The translations under genes were made by a program, and so were the position numbers. Below, one piece after another: positions 13,103 to 27,266 of a stretch of 64,000 bases of DNA. Within the stretch, counting starts at the first letter, position 1, and every line of letters begins with the position of its first letter. Source of the DNA: Tricharina praecox (lineage: Eukaryota); contig NW_026250419.1 of assembly GCF_024521635.1 (NCBI RefSeq), forward strand, positions 682,001 through 746,000, written 5' to 3'. The notes under the pieces are model-generated. The model searched no databases and had not been told where the DNA came from. It was given only the letters and a program-made list of their open reading frames with translations.

Positions 13103-16100
13103 GGAGGTTGTGTTTTCAGCCAGCTAGCTAACGAATCCTGGCAAAGGTAAGCACATGCTATGTGTGCGGTATTTTCAGTCGGATTGTTGGGAGAGCAGAG
13201 GACGGAGAACGGAGGGAGAGGATGCTCTGGTTCCATGTGCTCGAAGCCCGAGTATGGTGCCGTGCGCCATTGGGTTTCCTATAGCGAGGAGTATGTAGGA
13301 GAAGGAGGCACGATGGGGAGGAGGAGGATGTTGACGACCATTACGTGCCTACCTGGCTGGTTGCCCGCCCGCCCGCCCGCCCGCCCGCCTCCCTGCCTGT
13401 GCCTGCGCCGCGCTGAGCACAGAGTGCTTTATTTAGGCAGTTCTGCCGGGCCGGCACCGCACTTGCCTGCTAACTATCCAACATACCTACTGCATGCCGG
13501 GAGTCGTCACGATGTTCGCCCCGGTCGGGCCTCTCTACTTTACATGCGCCCCAACATGCCAGCGCCGTTTATACTCTACTTATAACCTCCATTGACATTA
13601 TCGCTTTGCATGCTTGTCTGTACTCCTCCTCCTACTGGTCCTAGCTGCGGTGCTACACCTCAAGGGATTTAGGGCACGGGTGTGGAGTAGGTGGTGTCGT
13701 CCCCCAGCAGGAGTAGTCACAGACTCACATCACATCGCATCACAGTCGGGTTTTTTGATTTGCTTCTCGCGCCGTGAAGATGGAAAAATTACCCATTTTA
13801 CTCTAGGCGACCCGCCCGACGACCAGTAGTGAGGTGGTATCCATTCTATTTATCGACCCAGTGGAGGGGGAGGAGTCCTCGTATGTATATCTACGTTCGG
13901 CTAATGGGTTTTAGTTGAGACAGTCCAGAGACAATCCAGAGTCGGCCAGTCGGCCAGTCAGTCAGTCCGTCAGTCCGTCAGTCCCTCAGTCAGTCAGTAC
14001 GATGCATCGTCTTTGGCCGGTGAATCGAGCCGCTCCTGCTTGACTAGAGTACATTTCTCTAGGCGCAATTCTGCGCTGCAGTGCAGTCCTTGTTGACAGC
14101 CGTTCAACCCGTTCAACCCGTTCAGATCTCAAGGGAAACCTGGCGGCCATAGAGTACCATCATAGTGGACTCTTTGCTCGCCTCCCCCCACCCCCCGCCC
14201 TCCCGCCCCCCTACCACACTAATTCCCCGGACAACCGTCCTACCGCAACCCTCCGTGCTGGATTTCCGTGTCATCACCCCATCCACACTTTGCCCGTCTT
14301 ACATACTCGAGAACGCACGACTCGCATTGCCTGACCTGCTGCCCCCCACCACCGCCACCACCTGGTATGTCATGGGCGGCATCCAAGTGTGCGACTGGCC
14401 TGGATGGAATGTCAAAAACAGCAGGAGATCTCAGATCGACTTTCTCTCTCCCTCTCTATCTCTCCCTCCCTGCTGCACCAACTGGCGAACGAGGAGGTTG
14501 AGGAGGAGGTTTGGTGCGACCCAAACGCAGGCTGCCCGCACGCACGCAACTCGCACACTCAGCAGTCGGACTTCCCTAAGCGATCGCGTCCGTATTGCGG
14601 CAGGTATGAAACTCGTCGTCGGTTCCTCAGATATCACATGCCATGCGACTTCTCTGCCGTTATCTCAATGCCGCCAGCGGCCACTTCTCTGCTCGATTGC
14701 GCCTGCTGGGAGATAGGACGCTCCATGCTCACAGAAAAAATCCTCGAGTATGTACTTCCAGGCTGCAATGTCTCGTCTCTTTTTCCTCCCTCGGAACCAT
14801 TCCACCCGATGGGTGAAGAAAAAGAAAGACCTAACAGAAAAGGAAAAGAAAAAAAACGTGCTCGGCCGTTTGCAGGAATAATGAACGAGGCTGAGACGTA
14901 TCTGGTACGCACAAGAAATATTTGCACAGTAGGTAGTTTGGGCAACTGCTTCTTACAGCGGCCGGTAAGGGGGGGCCCTAGGCTAGGAGGGGACAGTGGA
15001 GGGGTGGATGCTTACTGTTGGCATCGCACGCCCCCCCGTGTGGGTGTGTGGCTGCGGCTACTGGCAGCTCCCGACTTCTACCAAACTTCGCTTGTCCCAG
15101 CCGAAGGGTTGGTTATCAGCTTCGGAGAGAGCTTTTCGATGGGTCCGATCCATCATTCTTCCCACCGTCGTATCACGGGACGCCGCCAACATCCATACCG
15201 GAGATTCCGGGTGGGCATTTAGGAGAGTCGACGGATCAATGGCATCACCAGGTTGACACTACCCCTCGCGCCCCCGCCCTCCCGCAGAGGGACTGACGAA
15301 ACAAACATGCGAATCAAATCGCCCGGTTCTAGACCGGGCTCTGATTGGGGGAAAAAAAAGACTGGTCGCAAGGTGCGTTCAGCTCTCTCACTCTTCACAC
15401 CCTCTCGCGAAATCATCCTTAACGTCCGGCTGGCCAGTGAGAAGACGCCGAGCCAGTACGTAACCACACGCGGCCACACACGCCAGTCCGTTGTCGATGA
15501 GCGATGGCCAATTGCGAGATGTGGGGTCGCTAGTGCCCAGCCGCCATGCCCCATGCGGAAGCGAATCAGCCGCAAATGGTACGCGCCTGGAGGAGTTCGC
15601 ACTGATGGGAAGGGACACAGATGAATCCGAACACGCGCGCTTTCCTCTTCGAGCATCCGCAACCCGCGTCGATGCAATGCCCGTATGATCCGGCTCGAAG
15701 GGGGCGCATGCAGGCGTTGAGCTGATTCGGCACGAGCTTGAAACGCGATTCGGCCCCTAAGTCGATAGAGGACGGGGAAGGGGGGGGAGGGGGGTGAGAG
15801 CGGCGAACACAGGCAGCTTGCTTATTCCTCACCCACCAATGCTTTTCGTGGTACCAGTACCACTCAGATTGCCTAGCTCTCCTGTGGTTCCAATTATTAT
15901 TGGAAACTAGATCACATCACAATTTCGTCGCTCGATCTGCCAGAATTCAGCACCCAAGCGTGCATGATGCACATTTCTATTGCCTTAAAGCTTTGAGGCT
16001 TGATACGCGGGTTTTTCCAGCTCCGATCCCAATATCGTGCAAACCAATGGCATCCTCACCCGCTTGCTCGCATGCATTGCAGCACATGCTGGTGGGAAAA

Positions 16101-19100
16101 GCCTATGTACACGGAACGGACGCCAGCTACCACCAAAAGAGCCCAGCCGACGGAATAAAAAAGCCCTCGTGTCACTTGGTAGCACGATGGGGGGGAGGGA
16201 AAAAGCCGCGATTCCGTACATCACAGCCGCGATGCGACCGGGTCCACTCGTCAGAGACGGCCGGCGAGCTCGAAGCCCGCCCGCCGACAGCTGCAGAGAA
16301 AGAAAAAAAAACACACACGACACGAACGAGCGAACGAAAGCGCCTCCACCGTGTTCTTTCCACTTTCCACCAACCGAATCGAAGCCAATGCAGGATATGT
16401 GCTAGGAAGTGGGGACAATTCTGCCCGGGTCACGAAGAAGAAGAAGCCGAGGAAGCACACATGCGTGCCTAAGTACGAGGTATATATACCTATACATATA
16501 TACCTATAGGTAAGTATACGTACCTACATACGAGTTGACGACTTGACGTAGTAGGTTCACGACGGACAAGTATATGGATTGGATTGGATTCGCAACGAAA
16601 TGGACTTGCGATAGCGATTGAGATGACGACTTTGGGGGTACGAGTGGAATCATGGCTGATTGCCTGCCTGCGTGTTAGCATTTGCTTCCTGTGGGATGCC
16701 ACCGACGCGACCGCCAACGCCGCCGCACTTTGCCCGTATGGATATGCGGGCCTCACGGCGTCCTCCCGTCACCCATACGACTATATACACCACTGTATGT
16801 ACATCCAGCAATCGCGAAGGGCGAGCAAACCGCCCCCCGCCCCCTCGCCGCCGCCCCCAGTTCCTCTTGACCACCCAATCGCAGGTGTCTACGCTCCGAT
16901 CATGGGACGTACCGAGTATGCACGCATCACGGCTAAGGAAACCACCGGAATGCGCCAAAGAGGGGGGCCATTCGAACGCTTCGACAAAAAACCCCAAGCG
17001 AGCGTCTGTCCCCTGCGACTGCATTGTTTCATGGTGGAAGGGAATTCTCCTGTCCCCGTGCCGCGGAACATAAGGCGGCCCATTTTGATCGCTGGTAGGA
17101 TACCACGCCGGGATCACGACGAACCAGACCCAGCAGGCACAGCTGTAAGGATTCGCTGGATGTATGTATGACTGTGGTCTAGAGGAAAGGCTCTACCCGC
17201 ATTAAGTTTCCCTGGTATGCCTTTTTTCCCCTGCAACTACCGAGTTTACGCCCCATCGAGTCGGTGTATGACCACCCACACGCAGCGGACGTCTTGGGGG
17301 GAGGGGATTTGCTTGCAGCGACTGATATGCCCATCTTTTCCGCCTCTAGAGTCCAGAGGGCCCAAAATTTCCTCAAGTGACCGGGGAGTAATACCTCGAG
17401 GACACCTTTTGCACAATCTCTCCTGGCCGACTCGCGCAGCATGACAACTGCAAGTCGACGAAGCAATCGCGTAATTGCGGTGCGCGCCATCCCGGGGACT
17501 GACTGACTGACGTACTCCCATTTCGTCCAAAGCAGAGAATATCTCCTACCCAGATCAATTCGGTCGTCCCTGCCTGCACCCTACAGAGAGAAGGGAACCG
17601 ATCGGTATGCTATACCTCCCTGGATCTTGTCCGCATGCCAGCGGAAAATTGTATCGCTATCAATCCAGCCCACCACCACGAACATCTCGTCTGATCGTCG
17701 AGATACCTAACGTAATGTCCATCTTCGCTGCACACCACAGTGCTGATCCATCTACCCAGTCGAAAACTTCCGTCACGTGGCATTGGGATCAAGGTTTTGG
17801 GGAGGGAGAGTGGGTGCGAGGCGCGCGGGAAGTCCGAGCTAAGCAGGACAATGGTGTTTCCCACCCCCTCCTTTCCGGATCTTTCATGTGGAGGAATGAG
17901 CGGTCAGCCAGCCAGCCGGCCAGCCAGCCATCCAGCCATCCATCCACCCAGCCAGCCATCCATCCAGCCAGCAAGGGTCAAGGCTTGATAGTGGTGGTGC
18001 AGCATGCTCCCGGCCGCACCTCCCTTGCATGCCAACTCGTCCACCACATACGCCTCACCACCACCTGCCCCGACACCTTCTGGCGATTCTACATTCTACG
18101 ATCAACCGCATAGTGCAAGCTGCTAGCTGGCACTGCTTCCTGTTCGTTGTCAATCCGTTGTCATACCGACAGAAAACCCACCACAATCACAACCACCACC
18201 ACCGCTGCCGTCGCCACCACCGTCCAGACCAAAGAATCCGATATCACATATATCTGCATGCAGGCAGGCATGTTTAGTGAGTTTGAAAGAACTGTTGGTA
18301 TTCCCACTCCCCAGAGAAGGACGGGCCGCACCCTCGGGAAATTCGGAGGATTTCTCCACTCTGTCCAGTGAGGGCCGGGTCTACTGCACACCCAACACGT
18401 TCGTTCGCGGATGGCTGGAAATCGCGACGAGAACGACGACGACGACGACGACAGCGTACGTGCCAACCTGCAACAGTCGCCCCACTTTCCTTTCGCCACG
18501 GATAGCCCGCATGGGCCATCCATCTGTGCTCTCATCCAGCTCCCCCCCCCCCTCCCCCCCCCTCATCCTCACCCTCACCCTCACCCCCGGGCCGGCCCAT
18601 GCTAGGCTAGACTGTCCCAGATCACTGAGACATCAGGACGAATCCGAGGCTTGGGGGCAGGCTCGCGGTAAACGTCAAAGTTGTCCTGTTGTCCCACCAT
18701 ACCCATAGACCCGTTCTCGTTACGATCATTGATCCCTACCCCACTTTAGTTTACGTTGAAAAAAACTGCCTCGCAATGAAACGTTCCAAGATACATTAAC
18801 CTAATCATTCGGCAGGACCTTCTCGGTTCCCTCCTCCTCCTCCTCGTCCTTCTCCTCCTCCTCCTCCTCCGCTTCTTCCTCCTCCACGTCCTCCTCTTCC
18901 TGCCGCCATTCCCTTCCCTTCCCTTCCCAAACGCCGTGGTTGGCGTATGTTGCATGCAGGCCGCCCCAAGCTACTATCCAGTGTACAGGACCCCCTTCCC
19001 CCCTCACGCCAAACTCTCCGTGCGTCAGGTCTGGTGAAGGGGGTGTGTGGGACGGACGGGCCGACTGGCTGCATGCGACTACACTACATACACTACACTA

Positions 19101-20096
19101 CTCTGGATGTCCTCCACGGTTCACGGGCGGACGAGTCCCTGAATTCTGCAATTGATCCCTTGGGACGGTGGACATTGTGTCAGACTGGCCTACGTTCCCT
19201 ACATACATGATGGGGGGTTCTCCCGAAATGAACTGGGACAGAATGCAGCTGCAGCTCGTTCCATTGATTCCACTGTATGTAGTGATTCACCCTGTTGGCC
19301 TACATACATATTCTAGTTACGTTACCTACCCTGGAGTAGCACAGAGCGGAGCGGAGGAGGGGCGAGGTTTTTCGTCTCGGTATTTTCCTTTTTGAGTGCG
19401 AGCAAGAGAGGGCGAGAGGGCTAGTAGTAAATGGACTAGAGGGATAGAGAGAGACAGACAGGCAGACAGACAGACAAGAGAAAGTGAGAGTGAGAGTGAG
19501 AGTGAGAGGGAGAGACAGACAGACAGAGAGAGAGACCCCGACCCTGAGGATTTGCTTTTTCGGCGGTTATGTACAGAAATGTGATACGGCCTCCCCCTCC
19601 ACAACTCGGCCCCGGCGTGCGTGCAGATTTCAAGGCTCATCTGCACCCCCTCCCCCCTCCTCCTCCTTCCTCTCCCCCTCCCCCTTCTTCCCCCGAGTTT
19701 CGCCATCGCAACGTCGACGCCTACACAGTTATCGATAAACATCTCACCTGACGTCCATGGGACCGAGTTAACTAAGCAGTTAGCAGCGCACGTGATTGGA
19801 CGATTGGACGTGGAGTGGAGTCAGCGGAAGTCCAGTGGAGCGGAATGCAGCGGCGTAGGGTAGAGTAGAGTAGAGTAGAGTAGGGATCTACTTCGCAGCA
19901 GCAGCAGCAGGTGTGTCTGGAAAGATGCGATATCGCTTTTTTTTAGTCGGCATGCGCACCGTTTAGTTGGATGTAAGTAAGGACGTACCGCTCAGCTCAG
20001 CTCAGCTGAGCTGGGTTGATACCCGCCGCCCGCCGCCGGTGGCCGGTCGGACAGGAGTAAACGCTTCGGGAACTACTTCCCGCGAGTGATGGTGAG

Positions 20097-20156
20097 GAAG
20101 GAGAGGTCTGTTGAGCCTCGGAAGTTGAAGGAGAGGTCTGTTGAGCCTCGGAAGTT
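20097..20156. repeat. Perfect 30-bp tandem duplication
   Basis: gaaggagaggtctgttgagcctcggaagtt twice, followed by decayed ggaagttggagg copies. Confidence 0.95.
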
Positions 20157-21235
20157 GGAGGCTTGGAAGTTGGAGGTGGTTTGTTAGTCGATTACCGAGA
20201 CCCTTTCTATCATTACAGTATCTACACCCCTAAAGTCTTCTCCGTCAGTCCTCAGTCGAGATTCGAAAAGAGATCACATTTCCCGCCTTAACTAAACCCT
20301 CCAAAGGGAGATATGGGAGGGGGCAGGAAAAAAAAAGGAAAAACTAAACCAAAAAAAAAAAAAAAAAAGGCCGCAAATATATACAAATAGAGAAAAAACA
20401 TAGAGGGGGAAAATAGGAAGATACGGTTTTCATCGATTACAGCACTCTGCTCTACTCTAACTATTCTGGAGTCTATGCTCTATTTGAGGTTACTCACGCA
20501 GTTGATTAACCGACTGAACAGTCAGGTTCAACTACTACGGTAGGAAGTAGAGTAGCCGCTTCAGAGTCCATCCCAGCCAAAAAAAGGCAGAGTCTACGCA
20601 GTTTTGCAGCTCCCTCTCCTCTCCCTTTCCCATTCACGCACATGCGCCTCATGCGTATGTACCAGTACATACCGCATACCTATTGTACCAAATTTTGTAG
20701 CCGGCTGGGGGGTTGTTATGGCTGATCAGCGGATCAGCGATTCAGCGGGCTGACCACTGGCCGCTGGTGGAATGAGGCTATTTTGACGCAGCCGCGGGGA
20801 CTAGGGACTAGGGGAGGACGGAGGGGGGGGATGGCCGAGCGGCGAGAAGGCCTGACGGGTCACGGGCCTGGCCGCCTGGTGTCCACGGGTTCAGATCACG
20901 ATGTACCTACCTATCCAGGTACTTGAGTATGTAAATATTTACAGCCGGCGTTCAACACTGAACTTCAGGCCCGCGGAAAGAGGGGTTTCATCCAAGAAAT
21001 CCTGCCGCCAGCCACAAGAGCTGCAAGAGCTGCAACAGTTGCAATTTGCAATAGCCAGCTGCAAGAGCCCGCTCTCAACACCGAACAGCCCCGCAGAAAG
21101 ACTCAAGGGGATTTTCGGCCAAGATTTCTGGTCGCCAGCTGTACGACCTGCAACATCTGCAAGAGCCCGCTGCGCTCGGCTCTCGAGTTCCTGGCCTCAG
21201 GTGGCCGGGCCTTACGTACATATCACGAACCTATG

Positions 21236-21237
21236 TG

Positions 21238-21280
<43 letters not shown>
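21236..21280. repeat. (TGCC)n tetranucleotide microsatellite
   Basis: About 11 units; followed by TATG-rich decayed repeats to about 21430. Confidence 0.9.
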
Positions 21281-24200
21281 ACCGGCCGCATGCATGTACC
21301 TATGTGTGAGGTATGTATGTATGAGGCCTATGTACGGTATGTGTGAGGTATGTATGACCTATGTATGACCTATGTATGCATGTCTAAGGTACCGAATATA
21401 TGTATGTATGTGTGTATGTGTGTATGTACACACGAAAATGTGCCGAGCTGCACACCTATCATCCAGCATCCAGTAAAGCTCAAGCTACCGACCAAATACG
21501 TATACTAGGTTATGTAGGTAGTAGTGTAGTGAGTGTAGGCAGGTACTTGCAAGTACTTGCAAGTCACGTACGTACTATTTTATACCGAAGCATAGTCGGT
21601 AACGGGCTACTACATGCCAAATACTTCCTGGCTGGAGGTGCCGACACTACTCATACACGATTGGCACTGGAGGTGCCGAAGAGATCTACCTATCTATATG
21701 GATTATGGGATCGAGGGGGCGGGGGCGGCGTGGTGAGCGTGGTGTTTACATTAGCACCTCCCCAGCAGCTCAGCACATGCCAGCCGGTGTGCGTCAATGC
21801 GGACGAGGAGAGACTGGAAACATGGGGCTGGAACGGAATGCATACGGTAAGTAGGTATTGGGTACGGTATCATGGGGGGAACACTGGGGACCCGGGACCC
21901 GGCGGATGTCCATTGTCATGGAGTCGTTCCATTGCAGTTCCACCGCGGCCGCCTGAACGATCGGAGAGGCGCGGGCGGATAAATGGGTTCGCAGGCAGGC
22001 AGATAGGCAGGCAGGTACTCTAGGAAACTAGTCTGCTGCCTTCTCGGCGGCGGTGGTTTCTTTCACAGGGTCTGGCGTTCATGCGAACCGTAAACACTTA
22101 TCTCCTCCTCATCCTGTATTTTTCCACAAGGCCAGCTGGCGTATGTACTGTACATACCCACGGGGATACGGGGATCCCGGGACGCCGGGATACATGGCGG
22201 GTATGTAGTCATGTATGCTGCGATACTCTATGTTCCCTCCCAGCTCCCAACCCAACCCAGCATGCAACTCCCGGCTGTTTTCCCCCCCCAGCGCTGCATG
22301 TACTCTATGATAGTACTCTGCAAAAGCTTCACTGCCCCGTTTCGGTGCTTTTGCCCAGCACCCACGTCAAACCCGGTCGCCATCCGTCGCCGTCCCCCGT
22401 CCCCGCTTCCGAGGAGTGGTATATAGTAGTATGATCGTTTTCGGGTTTATATGAAGCAGCCATCTCGAACTTAGCCCAGCTACTCTATTACTCTACATAC
22501 TCTACCTAAATAAGTAAGTGCATTACTCCTTAGGCTGTGTTATTATTGTTATTATTAATATTTTTTTGCAGGGGCTGAGAGGGGTTTCTTCCTAGTGAGA
22601 CGAAGGGAAGGCCTTACCTACTCGTCCAATGCACACCATCCGATGTGATCCTCCTGTCCGTCCGTCCTCCGTGTCCGTCTCCGTGTCTGTCTCTGTCCGT
22701 CTCCGTGTCCGTCTCCGGCCCGGCCCCGCTGTCTCGGGCTTTTGTGCCCGAACGATTCCTGCTCCCGGCTGGGCGAAACCCCGCCCAAGCCAACGGACGA
22801 GTGTACACAGAGTAGGTATGATGTGGCTGCATCGAGAAAGAAAGCAAAAAAAAAAACTCCACATCCACATCCCCGTCGCACCCCCAATCAGCCACTCACA
22901 AAAAAGCGACATTTGGTCCGGTCAGACCACACGGAGATTTTTCCCCGCCCCTCCGCCCCCCCTCCCCCTTCCCTCCCCCGTCCCCGTCTCAACCCTCCAC
23001 CCTCCACCCCCCCCCCCCCCAAACCCGCCGTCGGAGAATTCAGCACGCAGGTGACAGCCGCCACTTTACGAGTCTGCGTCTGCGCCCGCGTCCGCGTCAG
23101 CGTCTGCGCTCACTTGACCGGTGCAGGAATCTACTCTAGAGTACCTCTGTTACATGTGTGTACGTATAATCCGTGGCCAGAGTTGCGCGTTGGCCGTTGG
23201 CCGTTGGCTTCCAGCCGAGGGGGAAGCTGGGGGCGGGGGGGCTGAAGACAACGACGACGGAGTGCTCCCCGGCCCCCGGCCTACGGGACAACAAACGAGT
23301 CGAGTAGTGCCCCCAGCCCTCCCTATATAGAGTATGTGCGAGATTTAGCCGCGCTCGCTGGCTGGCAAGGGGGGCTCGATGGGGGCGCTCGGGGAGAGTC
23401 GACGAAAGAGGCACGCGTTACGGTCGTTCCTCTCAGCCAACAGCCAATCCAACCGTCGAGATGACATCCTGATTCCTTCGTTCCCCCATTCACGCCCAAC
23501 ACGGGTCAAATATTTTTTATTCGGCCGCTCGGTCGGCATCGGGAGATCGACATCAGGGTCAAGGTTCTTGGATAGGATAGGCAACCTACCCCCAAAACTG
23601 CAGGGGACATGCCGTATCCGGTCAGGCGTAACTCAAGACGAAGTAGACCCAACAAAATCTAGATATGATAATCTCTAGGAAAATAAGAATTTGTAAAATC
23701 CGAAGTTTGCTCCCGCTCGGCGCTGGCTCGCTCGCACCGCTTTGTGTCTCGCCTCGCCTTGCCCGCCTCGCCTCGCCTCGTGGCTAGATACTGACCTACC
23801 TACCTACTCCAGAATTCGGACAGTATTCCGCGCTGGGTGCTCCCTTTCTCACATGGGGAAAATGTGCAATTCGATACTGGCAACACCGCGGCGGGTAGAG
23901 AACGCTTACGCCCAGATAGGTATTCCTCATCCCCCACTCCCCCCGAGTACCTAGAGTAGTACCTAGAGTGTACATAGAGTACATCCTTCGATAGTCAACT
24001 AACTATCATTTCTTTCCATGTAGGAATGGTGAGACACGCCCGCTTGTAGTTAACGGCTACATACTGGCCACTGAACACCCATGACCGACCACCGACGATG
24101 ATTGGCGGACGGCCAACACTCTTCACTCACTCCTCACCACTCTCCCAGTCCCCCCCCCGGTCTGCGCCCTTAGCCCTACATGCGACGGAGACTTTCCGCA

Positions 24201-25233
24201 CTTTCACCTTCGCAGGTTGTTGTTGGAAATTGGGGCTCTGGAGTCTGGAGTCTGGAGCTCTGGAGTCTGCACGGACTCACTCACCCACTGGCAGTGCGCA
24301 CCATGGGCCACGGGCCAACTACTCTAGCTAGCGTGCATAAGATGTGCATAAGATGTGCCAGATGTTTGGGAAATCAGACCATTTTTTTTCCTTCTTTCAG
24401 CTGACGAAGGCCCATAGCCCATGGGATATGTAGGTAGGTCCGTAGGTATCGGTGTTTGAGTTTTTGTGATGGATGATGGGGATGGGATAACTCTGCTCTG
24501 CTCTGCACTGCACTGCAGCTCTATGAATCATTATACATACCACGATATGTATGTACGTACCACGGATCCGTGGTTTGCGGAACTTTGTCCCGGCGTGCGT
24601 TCCATTTCAATTGGTAAAAGACTAAGGTTTCGGCGATACGGTACGGTGGATATCTACTTGGGTATGTACTCTACTTGGGTGGTTGACGATGAACGGGCTC
24701 CCCAGCGGCCAGCGACCAGCGCCCATAACTACCTAGGCGTGCATATGTGAACCGCATACAGTACTACAGTACTAGACTACTAGAATACTAGTTACGGACG
24801 GATTTGTCCGTGGATGGATGGATGGACTAGAACGGCTCACGGCCTACGGACAAGGCCTACGGGCAGGGCGAGATGGATCATGGGCGGGATCATGGGCGCG
24901 CGGGATATGGTAGGTAGGTACTGACTGAATGGTGAACCTCATGCGGGCGAGAACTGCGGGTAAGGACTGCGGGATAGGACTACGGTATAGGTAGGCAGCT
25001 ATTGGTGGCTATTGGTGGCTATTGGTCCGCGGGAGAGTGATGGACGGACGAGGAGACGGACGAGGAGACGGACGAGGAGACGGGGGGAGGGGGCGGTTCT
25101 GGCTCTGGTTCGGGTTTGGCGACCCCCAGAGTTCACTGGGGTGAGATGACCAACGGGCCATGGAGTTACAGTACGAGGAGTGTAATCGTGATCTTTGGTT
25201 GTAATTTGCTGTTGACATACATGCCTCTACTCG

Positions 25234-25267
25234 TCCATCCATCCATCCATCCATCCATCCATCCATC
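25234..25267. repeat. (TCCA)n microsatellite
   Basis: About 8 units. Confidence 0.9.
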
Positions 25268-27266
25268 GAAAGAGTGAGTGAGTACTATGGAGATCATTGC
25301 GTGAATTTACCGGTGCTTCTAGCGTACGCACGTAAGTCGCCGAAAACCGGCAGCGTGAAATTTGACTCCACTGAGCAGTGGGGATAGGTACCTAGAGTAT
25401 CGATCAGTCATCTGGATTCTGGAACACCATCTCCAGCAGGTGGTTACCGTAGTTGTGTTGTGTTTCTACCGACCTATCCACTACCACCACCGCTCCACTC
25501 GATTCTCAAATATCACTGATGGATCATGGGCCACTGCAAACCTCGCCCGACACTCGCCCAAGCATGTCAACTCCATCCATCCATACTAAACATACGCGGG
25601 GGACACGCGCAGTCTGTTTTTCGAACAGGCTCGAACTCTGCTCCAGAATCCAAACTCGATACTTACCTGAAGGCTGGCATGACATGTATGATGTAGGTAT
25701 GTAGGTACTCCAACCCACCGTCCCACCGTTCTAGCGATACCGGTACCCGTATGTACGATACCCAAGTCCCAGCGATGCGATATCGGTACGTACGATACCC
25801 ACCTGAAAGTTGAAACTTCCTCACACGCTCACGCATCACAACAGTGCATCACTCGTTTTTTTTCCCGGAAGGCCCGGCTACCGCTATGTACCTACTAGTA
25901 CTAGGTAGATTGCTCGGAACCCACTCGGACACTCGGACACTCGGACACACAGACGGCAGAGTCCAGACGCAACTACCTTCGGTACTCCAGAATGCGAGTT
26001 ACATACGAGTCTTGTCCGCTTGCTTGTGGAGCGGTCTATTCAGTCAGCTCCGCACCCGCACCCTCTTCTGCGCACGCTAGACATGCAGACACACATAATC
26101 GTGTCTTCAGCATCTCAGCTTCAGCATGCCCCGAGACCGACAGACGCACCGACATTCCGACCGACAGATAAACACCTACCGTATCCCGCTCGCCGGTCCC
26201 CGTTCGCTCACCGGAAATTAAAGCCAAGTTATCACTGATTACTGATCAACCCCACTGATCAACCCCCCAGGCCACAGACCACAGCCGCGCGGTTAACTTT
26301 ACGTGCTCTTGGGGCCTTAGCTACATACATGGTGGGGGCCACTCCCCCCACTCCACTCGGCTGCCCGGATATAATCTACATACACCTGTTGCTTGCCTGC
26401 GCGGGGGCGGGAGGGAGGGAGGGAGCGGGGATCACTCGTTGGAGTACCGTGGACGCCTAGTTGCGTGTTGGCGGCGGCGGTGGTGGCCTCTGTGTCAGCC
26501 GGAGCTGGAGCTAGAGCTGTAGGTGGAGCTAGAGCCGGAGCTTGAGCTTGAGCTGGAGCTGGAGCTGGAACCCCATTACCACCGCCGAGGGGATGGAGGG
26601 AGGGACAGCAGCCGTTACATGCACGCATGGGCAGGCAGGGTACACATACACACACACATCCACACATACGATATTCTCCTTTTCTCCAGCCTGCCTCGCA
26701 TCAACGGAGGAGGAGGGGGGGGGCTCGGGTGAGCCATACATTTCCGTCGATTGGCCTCGGATCCTTCGATCGTACCACCTCGTTACATGGAGTGCACACT
26801 CTACCTATGTACACTACTATACAGTTAGTACTCTACCCCGCCGCTCTCTCGCTTCGGGGGGGGGGGGATACCTATTACCTATTACCTGCGTGTCTATTCT
26901 GGGTCAATCAGACCGCGGCCCGCAAATATCTCGCGAACCGTACCCAGATCCAGAACGTTGGGCTGGGGGCTGGCCGCTGGGCCAAGATCTCGGTTACAAG
27001 TAGAGTGGGATTGTGGTTTCCAGAACGGGTACGTGTGAAATTGAAATCGTATGGTACTATGGCGGAAAATAAAAACCAAAATGCAGCGAGACACACGTTG
27101 AATGGGTAGATAAAGCGAATAAGAATAAGCGCAATCATGAAGAAAAAAAACCCTGCAGCAGAACCAACTTCGCCCGCCCGCCCGAATACTCTCTACCATT
27201 CGTCCGTGCATAATCACAACCCGAAACTACCAGGATTCGTTGGAATCAAAACCTTTCTCTCCGTGT

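Noticed and set aside
14165..17171. ORFs of 180-277 aa in the desert
   Set aside because: No protein-like motifs, several non-ATG starts; expected by chance at this GC content.
20097..20180. 30-bp direct repeat as a CRISPR-like array
   Set aside because: Two adjacent copies without spacers in eukaryotic DNA; simple slippage duplication.
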